Below, piece after piece: positions 1-14,577 of a stretch of 64,000 nucleotides of DNA. The DNA comes from Octopus sinensis (lineage: Eukaryota), in contig NC_043005.1 of assembly GCF_006345805.1 (NCBI RefSeq), forward strand, positions 38,006,001 through 38,070,000, written 5' to 3'. The position numbers and the translations under genes were made by a program. Each line of letters begins with the position of its first letter. Positions within the stretch are counted from its first letter, which is position 1. Under the pieces are notes generated by a model. The model did no database searches. It was not told where the DNA came from and worked only from the letters and a program-made list of their open reading frames with translations.

Positions 1-1728
1 ACACACACAAACACATATGTATGGATTATTATCCATCAAATTTGATGAGAGGATTCAGCTATATGGTCAGCTGATCTACCTATTCATTGAATTAGCATTA
101 AGAAGTGGCTGAATAATCCACAAATATATATAATCTCCACATAATTCTTTATCAGAATCAGTATGACAAAAGCTGTACTTTTGGGGTTACAGGTATTATC
201 CATTTGATAAGTTTCTGTAGAGTTTTCATCTGCACAAGGTTATAGAAATATGATATCGAACCAAGATACCATACAGTGGGATCAAACCCAGAACCTTGTG
301 GTCTTGCAGTTGCAAAGCAACTTCCTGTCCGTGCTTTACACACACACACGTGTATGTGTGTGTGTGTGTGCTTGTATGTATGAATATATGTGTGTGTTTG
401 CATGTACATATATTCTTTATAGCATATCAAGGAAATTACTACTTCAAAGAATGTTTTCTCCACAAAAAAAAATTAGATTTGTGCAGGAAAGAAATAAATG
501 ATGTTGAAATAACAACAACAACAATCTCCTGCAGGAATTTTAATTCTGATAATGAGTGAAAAAGTAGAATTAGATAAATAATTACTGTAAAACCAAAAAA
601 GAAAATAATAACAATAAAAATATAAAAAAACAAGCAACAATGGAAAGTTTACAAAAAAAAAACAACAAAACAAAATACCAGAACAAATTTGTTAATTATT
701 TCTCACTTAAAAGTTCATTCAAATATACACTTATATATCTTGTGCTTTTTTTACTCAAATCTTTAATTATTTAGTTCTTTAATTTTTAACCCATTATTTT
801 TTAGAAATTTTCTTTTTCTTTTCTTTTTTTTTTACCTTGGTATGAAAGTAGTTGGCAGTTAGTTCCAACAAAAATGCAGAAGTGTCAGTAGTAAAGACAT
901 TAAGGTTATCATTAAGATATATTGAACATTTGCTGCATTTGAAGGAACATTATTGCATAGATTAAGCATTATCATTATCTTTATTCTTCTCACAATTATC
1001 CATGTTGTGATAATTACAGTTAATGGTGTTATTGTTGTGACCACTTTTGTTCCAGTTCTGTTTATATATGTTCTCTGCTTTTGGAATACTAGAATACAAG
1101 ATATTAGTAGACATGAGCTTTAGTAAATTTAGTCTGAGTCTGTTTATCTACTTTAAAACTTTCTATTTTGAATTTGTTTAGCAAGAATTTTGATCTGAAA
1201 CTGTGTTCGAAAACAATGTTGTTATGTAGTTACTCTCAGTGATATTTAACATGTCTGAGTACATTTGAACAACATTTGAACTTAGAAAGAGAATACGCTG
1301 GGCAAGTTGTCTCCAGCGAAGAAGGTTTCCTTATAGACAATATGGGTATAAACATGCCACTAGGTCATGAATAATGTCACTGGACCATAGAATGCATACA
1401 TTTCTGCATCATTGCACTTCATCAGTTATGCATACCAAACCATCATTCATGGCTGCAAAAGTTAGTCGCACACTTACCATTTGTTGTTTGTTTATACTTC
1501 ACTTCCTTTTTTTTAAGAAACACCTAACGTTTGAGTCCCTAACAATATATTTTTCCCTACACTGATGCTGTGAAAAATACTCTAGACAGGAATATAAACA
1601 TCAACTGCTTTTGAAAAAATAGAGTAATATATAGATAAGCAATAACTGGTGAATATCCTTATGAGCTTTATTAAATATAATTCATTCCAAATATAACAAT
1701 AGTTAAAAAATTATTACATTTCTGTATC

Positions 1729-2056
1729 ATCATCATCATCGTTTAACGTCCGTTCTCCATGCTAGCATGGGTTGGACGGTTCGACCGGGGATCTGGAAAG
1801 CCAGAAGGCTGCACCAGGCTTCAGTCTGATCTGGTAGTGTTTCTACAGCTGGATGCCCTTCTTAATGCCAATCACTCCGTGAGTGTAGTGGGTGCTTTTT
1901 ATATGCCACCTGCACAGGTGCCAGGCAAAGCTGGCAACGGCCACGATTGGATTGGTGCATTTTACATGCCACCGGTACGGAAGCCAGTCAAGGCGGCGCT
2001 GGCATCGGCCATGATTCGGATAGTGCTTTTTACATGCCACCGGCATGGAAGCCAGA
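1729..2056 (-). mobile_element. SINE/retroposon 3' portion ending in (GAT)n; related copies near 4895-5020, 8100-8210, 18930-19150, 40660-40860, 43600-43805, 45385-45430, 51445-51590
   Basis: Recurrent motif catcatcatc-gtttaacgtccg-tttccatgctagcatgggttgg...ctacagctggatgccctt seen many times in the window in both orientations. Confidence 0.75.
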
Positions 2057-2179
2057 CTGTATCTACTGCAATATTTTGAACAATTTTCATTTTGTTTATA
2101 TTCGTTAAATATATCCAAACATTACATTTATTAGATTTTTGCAGTCACTTTTGATTTAGATAAGCAGGATATTTTTTAC

Positions 2180-2550
2180 TTTATGCTTTTTCAGTCATTA
2201 GTCTGTGGCCATGCTGGGGCACACCTTGAAGAATTTTAATTTAAATGAATTGATCCCAGTACTTATTCTATCATTCTCATTGCTGATCTGCTATGTTACG
2301 GGCAGACAAACACACCAACACTGGTTATCAAGCAGTGGTGAGGGACAAACACAGATATAAAATACACACACTAGCACATACATATGCAATGAGCTTCTTT
2401 CAGTTTCCGTCTACCAAATCCACTCACAAATCTTTTGTCAGCCTGAGGCCATATAGAAGATACTTGCCCAAGGTGCCACACAATGGAACTGAACCCAGAA
2501 CCATGTGGTTGAGAAGCAAGCTTCTAATCACATTGATACACCTGCACCTA
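2180..2550 (-). mobile_element. Bipartite tRNA-derived CORE-type SINE (octopus OR-like) with internal (CA/TA)n spacer
   Basis: Reverse complement has a B-box-like ggttcagttcc and CORE-like accttgggcaagt. Near-identical copies at 9153-9545, 38650-39032, 39360-39731, 59570-60025, 60797-61290. Confidence 0.8.
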
Positions 2551-3167
2551 TGTTTATTTTCATAGGTGCAGTTTGGCCATGAGGTCTTTGGTTTGATCCT
2601 ATTAAGTGGCACCTTGGCAAATATTTTGTAAGTGAAATTAGGTTGATACAAACTGTACAGAAATCTGTCGGGTGGATTATACTCACAATGCAAAAGATAC
2701 AGTCTTATTACACATTGTGTCAAGCTGATTCTACCTATGAATTATATTAAAGTCCACATGCCTGTGGAACACTCAGCCACTTACACGTTAATTCAACAGC
2801 AGGTAATTCAGTTGATCAAACAGCTGATTCTGCCCCTTGTCAAAAAAGGAGGATCCATCACTACCATTATTTGTTTGATGTATGTCTGTATTCTATAGTC
2901 TCCTCTTGTTTCAGTTCTAAGTATGATTATGTTTCTGGAGATATTTTGGCTGATGCAGGAATCAATGAACCAAACACTGATTTAACTACCTACCATATAC
3001 ATGTGATGTATATTATTATAATTTGGTTAAATTCCTCTTAGGGGAGAAAAAGAAACATTATTTGAAATATTTGCAGCATTCCTGATACACATCTTCCATT
3101 CCTCCTTATTATCCACACCATTTTTAAGTTCTTGGACAAGTAGATCCAGTATCTTCTCATTTCTTTA

Positions 3168-3387
3168 CTGTCAACAAAGGGCTACATACAGAGGGGACAA
3201 ACAAGGACAAACAAATGGATTAAGTCGATTACAGCGCCCAGTGCATAACTGGTACTTAATTTATCGACCCCAAAAGGATGAAAGGCAAAGTCGACCTCGG
3301 TGGAATTTGAACTCAGAATGTAATGGCAGACGAAATACTGCTAGGCATTTCACCTGGCGTGCTAATGTTTCTGCCAGCTCACCACCA
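3168..3387 (-). mobile_element. tRNA-derived SINE (gagctggcagaa...gagttcaaattcc family)
   Basis: Reverse complement carries A-box-like tggcagaa and B-box-like gagttcaaattcc; same head as the SINE arrays at 13.4-26 kb. Confidence 0.8.
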
Positions 3388-3432
3388 GTATCTTCTAGCA
3401 ATTGATCAATGTAGATTTTTGTTGGTCTACTT

Positions 3433-3686
3433 CAGTGGTTCTCAATCATTTTTTGCCTATGGACCCCTTTGATTTCTATTTTACATGGTTGGACTCTCAT
3501 AGACATTTGATGTTTAAAAAAAATCCTACTATATTTTTATAATTAAATACTAGGAATTATGAGAAAAAAATTGTTAAAATATTTGATTTATTGAAGAAGT
3601 GTAACCAATTTGTTGTACATAAACTTTAACAACAAAATCTTATGTGGACTCCCAAGGGCAATATGGACCCCAATTGAGGACCACTG
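3433..3686. mobile_element. hAT (Charlie-like) MITE
   Basis: TIRs cagtggttctcaa / ttgaggaccactg; imperfect 8-bp flanks gtctactt / gtctatct; related inverted copy at 52758-53084. Confidence 0.7.
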
Positions 3687-6600
3687 GTCTATCTCATTTC
3701 TGTTTACCATGAGATGGTCACCACAGAAGAACTTCCACTCTGCCAGCAGTGACTAATAAATAAATCTCAGCCAGCACTTTTTCATACAGTCTCTCTGGTA
3801 TATGGAATGTCTTGGTGTAAGTCTTTTATTAGTCATGTGTTGACACCATTGAGATATTTAGTACAGCACAGATCATTCTGGTGTATAAGCTGTTAAGAGT
3901 TTACTTTACGTAGTTATCTTCACTGTTTACAGTAATTTAGTAAAAATTAGCTAATTTATGATAGACAACATTAAGTATTAGAATATGTTGACTCATGCTT
4001 ACGTAACTGAAGTAATATATTTGTCAAAATAGACTTTACTTACTCACTTGACAGTCATAAAATTTAGTGCTGCAAATTATGTTTTCCATGTTCATTTATC
4101 TGATCTATAATATTTTGTTGACTCTACTTCAATGAGCAGTTTTTATTTATTTATCTACTTATCATTTTTATATATCATTTACAAATACAGTTGGTTTTAT
4201 TTTCATTTACTGAAACTATTTAAATATATTCATTAGACCTTTTTTTTTTCTTACATATTCACTTAATTCCAATAAAGTTTGATAGAGTAAACAGTAAATC
4301 TATATATATTAAAACTAACACAATGAAAATATGTTCCCCAGACTAAAATTAAAAGATAATGCAGTCATTGTTACTTTAATACATTAAAATCACTGTGAAT
4401 CTGATTGGATGAAATCTAGTAATTTTGACAAAGCCACATGTAACCTAAACACTTTCTCTAAAGAAACAACAACATTAATTTGCCGTTTATTATCCAAATA
4501 GTGAGGAAATCTGATAGACAAGCAGCTGCAATAATGAAATTCAAAGTAGCACACAAACCACTCTGAATTAAAAACAGTGAAGCCAGCATTTTTTCTCCCT
4601 CGACCCTTCCCACACAGTCTTTTATCTCTTATTTGCTTTGGTCATTGGACTGTGGCCATGGTAGGACACCGCCTCATTGAAGGGTTTTAGTCAAACAAAG
4701 TGATCCCGGTATTTATGCTTATTTTGTTTTAGAAAGACTGGTACTTAATTTACTAGTCTCATTTGCAGAAACTACCCAGTAGACAATCTAACACCATTTG
4801 TCAAGTGGTGGTAGGAATGGGGTAAAGGAAACATGGGCACACATGGATAGACACACATGTATGTCATCATGGATAGACATCATCATAATCGTCATCATTC
4901 AGCATTCGTTTTCCATGCTGGCATAAGTTGGTCCGGTTTGACTGAAAACTGGTAAGCAGGGGACTTGCACCAAGTTCCAATCTGATTTGGCATGGTTTCT
5001 ACAGCTGGATGCTCTTCCCAATGCCACATATATATATATATATATGTACATACATGCATGCATACACACACACACACACACACATACACACACATACACA
5101 AAATGGCTCCCACAAAGTTTTTGTCTCCCAAATTTACTCAAAAAACATTGGATGGCCTGAGGTTATATGAGAAAACACTTGACTAAATTGTCATACAGTG
5201 GGACTGAATTCAAAATGAAATGGTTGCAAAGCAAGCTTCTTAACTACACACACATGCCTGCACGTTGTAGAATCAATGTGACACAATGTACGACAAGGCT
5301 GCTCGTTTTGCCTTGCCAGGTTTCTTATAAGGTAACAAATTATCTATAAGCAGTTTTTATTGACTTATAGTTCTTAAGCTCAAATCTGCTGAATATTATT
5401 TTGTGTATTTGAGTGTCTAGCTGATATACACAATATGTTCTAGGTTCCCTGAGGTTGTTGCATGTGCTAGATTTGTGTTGTAATCAATGAAAATGTATTT
5501 GTTATCCACCTAATTTATATATAAATAATTTTGGTTGGGGTGATCAAGGAATAATATTTTTTAGGATAAATATATCTTCCTTAATTGTGAATTTTTTTGA
5601 GGAATAAACCAAGTTTTTTGCTTAGAAGAGAAGTTACCATAAGGATAACAGCGTAACATTGAAATCAATGTACCAGCCTTTCTCTGCCAATTGCTTGAGA
5701 TGTCCAGATACAGATTCCAGTTTGTATATTTACATATAGGCCTAGGTGTGGTTGGTGAAGCACAGGCATAGCCGTGTGCTTGAGAAGCTTGCATGCCAAC
5801 CATTGGATCTTGGGTTCAATTCAATCTGCTATGCAGTAAGCACCTTGGGCAAATATCTTCTAGGTTCAACAAAGTTTTGTAAGTGGATTTGGTTGATAGA
5901 AACTGGAAGAAATCCATCATGTGTGTGTGTGGGGGGGGGTGTATGTACTTTTGTCTTGACACTATGTGTTGTTTGTAAATGAGCATCACCATTACACAAA
6001 CGATGATATTGAGTTCCAATCTTCTATGAAAATCATGTCTAGCCTTGGGGAAATATTGACCTCAAATTTTGACACAAGACCAGCAATTTCGGCAGATGAA
6101 TGGCAAAGTCAGCTTCAGTGGAAATTTGAACTCAGAACATAAATGTGGATGAAATGCCACTAGCTGTTTTGCCTGATATGCTAACGATTCTGCCAGCTTG
6201 CTGCCTTAAACCTTGGAGAAATATTACCTTGCTTAGAAACAGTGAGGATCGGTGACATGAAGGGCATCAACCCATCAGCAAGCTACCTCACTAAATTCTT
6301 TCTGATCCATGCAAGCATGGAAAAGCAAACATTAATTAAAACAACGATGACAACGACGATGATGATGATGATGATGATTTAGTATCTATTAACTACTCTT
6401 CCTTGCTAATAGATAAATTCTTGTAGCCAACCTTCCTCTAGTTGCTGGCTGAATCATTAACTGTGACATATGTGTGAAGGCTTGTAAAGATGAATTTAGC
6501 AGTAAGGACCTGGATATACATCAACTTTTTTTATCATCAAAAGAACAAAGCCAAACTATGAATTAGTTGTCCAAACATTTCTTTGATGATTTTCGTGTTA

Positions 6601-7235
6601 GAGTTGATACAGAACCTGCATTTACTGTGCCTTAAAGATATAATATCACAACTGCTCCAATCATGAAACCATAATAAACAAGTTTGTTCTGTTTTAAAGT
6701 TTTATAACCACGCAGATGAGGAAGGAAATGGAAACTTGTAGAAGTCTAACAATAGAGCCAAAGGGAAATGAGTTTGGTTAGGAGGTTGACTAATCAATCT
6801 TACACGCAAACTAAACTGAAAAACATTAGAGAGTTAGAGGTTTCTGTCAAAAATCCAATTAAGCTTGAAGAAATTGTCATCTCAACCAAGGTTAAAGGAA
6901 GAGAGACAGACAGATAGACAGACTGAAACAAAGATAAAGAGAGACAAACAGAAACAGAGAGAAAGAGAGAGAGACAAAGGAAACAAAGGGGTGAGTAGGA
7001 AGATAGAGAAGAGACTTATATGGTAGTAGAGGATGACATGTAGTGGGTATTGTGCATGTAAGTGAAATTAAACAAATGATGCTATATTTCCAAACAAAGA
7101 AGATTCCTAAACATTGTTTTCCATTCTTCATGCCATCTAAAAGTAAGGACATAAATTGAATTCAATAGATTATATCTGTTTCTTACATGGACTTGACAAA
7201 AAAATTGTAATAATTATTGTCTAATGCATGGCAGT

Positions 7236-7452
7236 TTAACCTTTTAGAATTCAGATTTCTCTGTCACATGTAATACTTAATTATTCATATTGATGGGAAT
7301 TAGTCTTGTCTTACCATGTAGCTCTGAGATTTCAATGATATGGTTGTATATTTTTAGAATAATACTGTGGCATAAGTGTGAAAGGCCAGATCTGGCCAGT
7401 TTCAAACTATAAACAGGTAGATTATTTTGGCCAGTTATAACTAAAGGATTAA
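7236..7452. mobile_element. piggyBac-type MITE
   Basis: TTAA at both ends with ttaacctttt...aaaggattaa termini; same family as 51764-51972 and 58798-59021 but in the opposite orientation. Confidence 0.65.
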
Positions 7453-7699
7453 GAGAATAGGTAGGGCAATATCAGAATGATTGATAAAATGATAAAATAA
7501 TTACCAATCAAATACTGGATTTGCTTTAATCAAACTTGTGTCTTCTTCCGTTATATTTCAGGGTCTGAAATGAGTAATTTTATTTATTTTGTTAGGATGT
7601 TTTAGTGTAGTTGTGGACTTATTGTATATTCATTCAGCAACTGTTCAAATCACCGACACGTAATCCATACAAGCAGTGAATATATTGTCATCTAAATTA

Positions 7700-8095
7700 T
7701 GCAAAAATTAAAATAATGCTGACATCTCATTTTAACAGATATATTTACCAAAATTACATAGAAATATCTTGAAATATTAAAGAGTAAATTTATTCAACAA
7801 AATCGCCATTGGCTTCAATCATGGCCTCCAGATGACTTCAGAATCTCTTGCAACTCTTATGGATGGTCTCCTTGTTTAAGTTGGTGAATGCTGCCATAAT
7901 CCTTGCCTTCAGTTCATCTTTGGTGTTACAAGGAGTTTTGTTGGTCTCTTGCCCGACTGCACCCCATGCATAATAATTAAGTGGTTTGCAGTCTGGGGAG
8001 TTAGGTAGCCAGATGTTACGGGTGATGTGGTCTGACAGCCATGACTGGGTTCTCCTGCTTGTGTGGCATGGTGCAGAGTCCTGTTGACAGGCATA
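7700..8095 (-). mobile_element. Tc1/mariner-superfamily (probably maT/DD37D-like) transposase C-terminal remnant
   Basis: Translation QQDSAPCHTSRRTQSWL...WLPNSPDCKPLNYYAWG...KDELKARI...CKRF*SHLEAMIEANGDFVE matches QQDxAPxH and WPPxSPDLNPLDY motifs. Confidence 0.85.
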
Positions 8096-9031
8096 AGGCC
8101 TTCCCAATATAGTCCATCCAACCCTTTCAAGCATGGGAAAGTGGACATTAAAATGATGAAGACGATGGTGGTGGTGATGGTGATGAGGATGATGATGATG
8201 ATGATGATGATGTATAAATAAGTAAGAATCCGGTACAAATCTAAGTGGCATGATATAACTAACTTAGATCTTCAGAGAGCCAAAAACATTGCTCAATGAC
8301 ATACAAGATTATTTGAATAGTAAAAAGCATGAATAATGTTGTTTATTTAACAGCGTATTAGGTTTGTCAGTTTAACATGGCTTCAAAAATCAATAGAAAC
8401 AGCAAATTGATCAACATGATAAAGGTTCAGAATGCAATGATTCTGGATTTTTCAAGTTAAGTTGATTAGTGAATACTTATTTAAAACATGTTTATTTATT
8501 GAAAATCAGAATTAAAAAACACTGAACAATTTAACTCATTAAGAAATTTTATTTGCTTTGAATGTGTGATTTATTTTACTCTTCTTTTTTTATAATTCTA
8601 AAGAGAAAAAAAGCATACAGGAAAATATGTACAAAAATAGTTGCTGCTTTGAAGAGGACATTTTTATTTTGTGTACACACACACACATACATACACACAC
8701 ACTTATGTTTATATGTAGTTGTAAATATATATCTGTCGATATATGCGTATATATATATATATATATGTGTGTGTGTATATATATATATATTTATAAATAT
8801 ATAGACAGATAGATTGATTGATATAGATATTTGTACATGTGTGAGAGACTAGGAGTATAGATACATATATGTATTTGTGTATATTCACACATGTACATAC
8901 ATATATACATACATGCATAACACACAGTTATCTACCCATCCATCCATTCATATATACACAAGACAAGTAAAAAGATGAAGAGTCAATGCAGCACAAGATT
9001 ACTACTCCTTACAAATATGCTAGTGACTAAC

Positions 9032-9830
9032 AAGGTGGTATCAAAAATTTCTCAGATTAGTTCTGTAGTGCATCAACAGATGGCAGCACAAGTTTGTGTG
9101 TGCAGTGGGAGCCTGTAGTGACCTTCATGAGACAGTGTGCTGTGTTTACTTTGCAAGTACTCTTTTACTTGTTTCAGTCATTTGACTGCGGCCATGCTGT
9201 AGCACCACCTTTAGTCGAGCAAATCGACCCTGGGACTTATTCTTTGAAATCCTAGTACTTATTCTACCGGTCTCTTTTTAGCAAACTGCTAGGTTAATGG
9301 GACATAAACACACCAGCATTGGTTGTCAAGTGATGCTGGGGGGGGGGGACAAACACAGGCACACAAACACACACACATACATACAATTACACATATACGA
9401 CAGGCTTCTTTCTGTTTCCGTCTACCAAATCCACTCATAAGGCTTTGGTTGGCCCCAGACTATAGTAGAAGACACTTGCCCAAGGTTCCACACAGTGGGA
9501 CTGAACCCGGAACCATGTGGCTGGTAAGCAAGCTACTTACCACAGTGAAATTTGTGTTTTTATGATCATTTATATATTGTAGTCAGTGATTTTGTCATGG
9601 ACAGGAAGTTGGAACAAAAAGTCAATGTGAAATTTTGCATTAAACTTGGGAAGTCTGCTACAAAGACACTGAGTATGCTTCACTAAGCTTACAGTGATGA
9701 GGCACTGGGCCATACACACTGTTTTAAGTGGCATGGGCACTTCAAAAGTGGAAGAACAAAAAACAACGCTTGAACTGGAAGACTTGCCATGAGTGTCACT
9801 CCTTGAAATGTGAAGGAAATTGTGTCCAGC
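9032..9830 (+). mobile_element. Mariner 5' remnant (HTH region) interrupted by a SINE at about 9153-9545
   Basis: From about 9597: MDRKLEQKVNVKFCIKLGKSATKTLSMLH*AYSDEALGHTHCFKWHGHFKSGR, a typical mariner N-terminus. Confidence 0.8.
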
Positions 9831-10403
9831 ACTGAGGATGGGCAGAAATAACCTGAAACCAGGCTGGTCTGTTGATCCCATCACTGGAAGGCAGTAGGAA
9901 TTCACTTCCCTGCTTGCAATATATCGGATGCAGGATGCATTATTAACCAGCTAGAGGAAAAGTTCTTTTGGATTTAAAACATCATAGTAACATCCATTTA
10001 TATAAAACAGCCATGGTGAAGTGGTGACAAACATTACTTGCGAGTTCAGTTACTGCCTTTCTTAGAGAGATTTCATAACTAGCTGCTTTGCTTGCATATA
10101 TATGTATGTGTGTACTTGTGTGTTTGTATATTTATGTACATATATACATATATTTAAGCTTATCTTGATAGATTTCCTATTGAATTCAGAGCCGGCACTG
10201 AAAGTTACAATTGCTTTGTAACTTATATTCAAAAGAATATCTGAAGATATAAACTTAAAAATAGAAAAATTGCACTGCCAACACAAAAGTAAGATACAAT
10301 ATTGACTTGTCAACCTTCCTTTAATATACTTGGTTGTATATTTACGGTTTCAAAATGAAATACTGTCTCATTGCTAGCAATTAATATATATATACATATA
10401 TAT

Positions 10404-10435
<32 letters not shown>

Positions 10436-10470
10436 GTGGGTGGGTGTATATATATATATGTATATATATG

Positions 10471-10520
<50 letters not shown>

Positions 10521-10540
10521 AGTGTGTGTATATATATATG

Positions 10541-10576
<36 letters not shown>

Positions 10577-11237
10577 TATGTATATATATGTATGTATATA
10601 TATGTATATATATATGTATGTATGTATTTGTCCTTACACATACTGGTTGACAAATGGTGGTTATTCTTTACGTTATGTCCCCAAAACTTAACAGCCCACC
10701 ATTAAGAGACCAATGCTGACATTGTTTTGTTTGACTAAACCCTTCAAGGTGGTGGTGCCCCAGCATGATGGCCACAGTCCAATGGCTGAAACATGTAAAA
10801 GACAGAAAATAAGTTCTAAACATATGTTTCAGCCCTGCAAGTAGTATCCTTCATTCTAAATCTGTGAAAACATGTCTAGTCACAGTGAAATACCACCTTA
10901 CTCAGAAACAGGGAAGGGTTAGTAACACGAAAGGCATCTGGCTGTAGAATAAATACCTTCACATGTACTTTCCTCTCATTCAAACACACTTTCGTGAAAG
11001 GTAGAAAATTGCAAGTAGCAACACTTCTTGTATTACAGTGGTATCTAGATAAGGATGGACACACACACATTCACCTGTAGTTGTAATTTCAAAAGCCAGA
11101 CTTGCAATTTTGGATGTCATGCTGATAGAAACTGAGAATTAAATTAAGAGTATACATGTCTGTGGAATACTTAGCAACTTCCAATGTAGTGATCAAATAA
11201 CTGATATACTCACCAGTAGCTGACATACCCATTAATT

Positions 11238-12065
11238 CCCGGGAAAGTGGGGCTTATCCCTTGGTTCCATTCTCATAATTGTTTTGCTAATCCAATAACA
11301 ACAATACAAAGTGTGTAACCCTTGAAATGATTTTTGTGCATTTACAGAGAATACCAAACTGTCTTAAACAAGATTTTATTTTTAGGAATTCCCAATAAGT
11401 TATGAATGCCCAAATTGTGAAGTCAGTTATATAATAACATGAAATTCGTTACCCGATAGTAAGAATTCAAATAAAGTAGCCCCAAAAGGGCTTTAATGCA
11501 TTCTCAGGAAATACTAATAAGATATGTATACTAAAATCAAGAAGTATGTTATGTAACAACAGGCTAATCAGATATGAGATAACAATAATTCAAAGTAAAT
11601 AACTCTGAAAAGGACTTTTGTATGCTCCCAGAGAATATTACCCTCAGGGGTGCTAGTGTTGGTATATTCGTGAATAAGTCACTAACCGAAATAAGTGGAT
11701 CTATTGTTTAGGAAAATATTATTTACTTGATTAAGGGTTACACTGGATAAATAGCAAAAATAACTCTAACAGTTCAAATACTAAGAAATAAGCATACTCA
11801 TTTTGATTTATACCAAAATATTTAGGAAAATGAATGGGTTATTTCCCTTGGCTTTTAGAATAAAATATAATAGATATATATAAGGATCCCTTCCAGAGCC
11901 CTATTATCCATTTTTTCAACAATCCGAGTATGTCATGAGGTTTCCAGACATGAATTCTACTCACGTGTCAAGTTTCATCAAAATCAATAATACGATGTAG
12001 GCGGAGTTAGCCAACAACTCTGCAAACACACTCACAGACAGAATTTCCCACATATGTAGTAGATT
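11238..12065. mobile_element. Possible non-autonomous Helitron/Helentron-like element
   Basis: Right end aagtttcatcaaaatc...ggcggagttag...acagacaga...atatgtagtagat resembles DINE-like termini; recalled resemblance only. Confidence 0.3.
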
Positions 12066-12283
12066 AAGGTTCATAGAGGATCTCTTTACTTTCTACTGTA
12101 TGCATATCATGTATACATATTTTTGCATTAGTGTGGCTGTGTAGTAAGGAGTTTGCTTTGCAACCACATGGTTCTGGGTTCAGTCCCACTGTGTGGAACT
12201 TTAGGAAAGTGTCTTCTGCTATAGCCTTAGGTCAATCAAAGCCTTGTGAGTGGATTTCGTTGATGTAAACTGAAAGAAGCCCA

Positions 12284-12330
<47 letters not shown>

Positions 12331-13419
12331 TGTGTGTGTCTGTGTGTGTGTGTCTGTGTATGTTTGTGTCTGTTTGTCTCTACTACTATTTGACAATCAG
12401 TGTTGGAGTGTTTACATCACTGTAGTCTATCTCAAGAAGGAACAAAAATTTGTAACTGAATTTGTTAGGCAAAATCTGAAAGAAGCCCATCAAATATATA
12501 TGTATGTAAGCATATATGTTTTTACATATGTATGCATTTATGTATGTACGAGTGTGTGTGTGTGTGTGTGTCTTTTCATTGCATATCACAAGTTAGTTGT
12601 AAACAACCAGCATTGTCATAAAACCATTTTGGTTTTATTTGTAATCATCCATGATGAAAAGTGTTTGGCCATTCTGTTGTTAGTGTTCGAAGGATTACAG
12701 GAAATATTTTCTGAATTGGAAACAGGTAAGAGTTGGCAACAACAAGAGCAGCCAGCTGTAGAAAATCTGCTACAACGAATCTTTTTCAGACTTATGCAAG
12801 CATGGAAAGGGGGACATTAAAATGATGTTGATGCTGATATATGTAATATTTTATTCTCTGGTGCTTGATATTTCTCACTTTTTTTTTGTGGTTTTCCTGG
12901 ATGTTTCTCTCAAAAATTATGTTAGGCCTTCTGGAAGTGATGGATTTATGCATGTGGCAGTCAAAATTCCCAGAGAATTTTCAATCTTGTTTTCCATTTT
13001 GGTCACTGTATCCCATCTGACTTTATCCTTCACAGAATAATTCTCCATTCAATCATTTTTGCTTTGCACAGCCGACTGCCAAAACCATCAATACAATGTT
13101 ATGCTATTCTTAACAAATATTCCCAACAAGTATTTATTTTTTTTTATATCCAGGCAGCAGATGAGGAACTTTGCATTTTTATTGTTGTTTAGCTTGCACA
13201 AGTCCTTGATTCCCACTTTCCCTTGGTTTTATTTTACTGTATTGCTTCTATGATTTATTTTAATTTTAATTTTTATGCCCCTACCCTGTAAATTCAAGGT
13301 CTTGTACCAAGGTAAGAAATCATTGTCATTGTTATTATTATCATCATCATCACTATTATCATTATAATCATTATTATTATTATTATAATTATAATTACTA
13401 TTATTTTTATTTTTATTAT

Positions 13420-13504
13420 TAAGGTGGCAAGCTGGTAGAGTTCGTATAATCAAATAGCCCATCCTTCCCAAAAGATTTCAGGCCTTGTGCCTATAGCAGA
13501 AAGG

Positions 13505-13557
<53 letters not shown>

Positions 13558-13807
13558 CATCATTATTATTATTATTATTATTAAGGTGGTGTGCTTGCAG
13601 AATCATTAGCATGCAAGGCGAAATGCTTAGAGGCATTTCACTTGTCGCTCCATTCTGAGTTCAAATTCTGCCAGTATCAATTTTGCCTTTCATCCTTTCA
13701 TGGTTGATAAAATAAAGTACCAGCTGAGCACTGGAGTTAATGTAATCGACTGTACCCCTCCCTCAAATTTTAGGCCTTGTGCCTTTAGTAGAAAGGAATA
13801 TTATTAC

Positions 13808-13858
<51 letters not shown>

Positions 13859-14537
13859 AGCATTGAGCTGGCAGAATCATTAGCAAGTTTAGTGATTTTA
13901 CTTCTGGCTTTTTATGTTCCACATTGAAATTCTGCTGAGGTCAACTTTGGGTTTCATTTTTGAAAATTCAATAAAAATAAAGTACCAGTGAAGTTACCGG
14001 GGTCAATGTAATCAACTAAACCCCACCTCTAAGATTGCTGGACTTTTGACAAAATTTGCAGCAATTATTGATATAACTATTACATGTCCTATCAGTTAGC
14101 AGGGATATTTTCTTGAGGTTGGGTGAAAACAATTCTCCTCGAATGTCAAGAATCTTTCTGACAATTCTTGCAGAATACAGGATTGCACTTTTCTACAGAA
14201 TTCTAATAGAATTGTGACTCTATTATCCCTCAGCCTATTAGGTAGAAGTTTGGGTGTTTATACCAAGTGGTCAACATTTCTTCTTCTTCTTCTCATCATC
14301 ATCATCATTAAGAAGGTAATGAGCTGGCAGAATCATTAGCGTGCTTAGCAGTATTTCATTTGTCATTACGTTCTAAGTTCAAATTCCACAAAGGTTGATT
14401 TTGCCTTTCATCCTTTCAGGGTTGATAAATTAAGTACCAGTCAAGCACTGGGGTTGATGTAATCGACTAGCCCCCTCCCCACAAATTTCGGGCCTTGTGC
14501 CTTTAACAGGAAAGATTATTATTATTATTATTATTAT

Positions 14538-14577
<40 letters not shown>

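Noticed and set aside
837-1090. Possible minus-strand exon with a good donor (CAAG|gtaaaa)
   Set aside because: All three frames contain a stop between the acceptor and donor; no supporting neighbours established
8225-8280. Minus-strand CUGAAGA followed by a hairpin (ucuaagu/acuuaga)
   Set aside because: No GAAA after the stem and no stem I or III pairing, so not a hammerhead
10190-10275. ctgaaag plus an aagttacaa/ttgtaactt hairpin and a nearby CTGAAGA
   Set aside because: Core incomplete and no cleavage triplet with stem I closure; at most a decayed remnant
12296-12820. 174-aa ORF
   Set aside because: Built from a (TG)n tract plus SINE tail fragments
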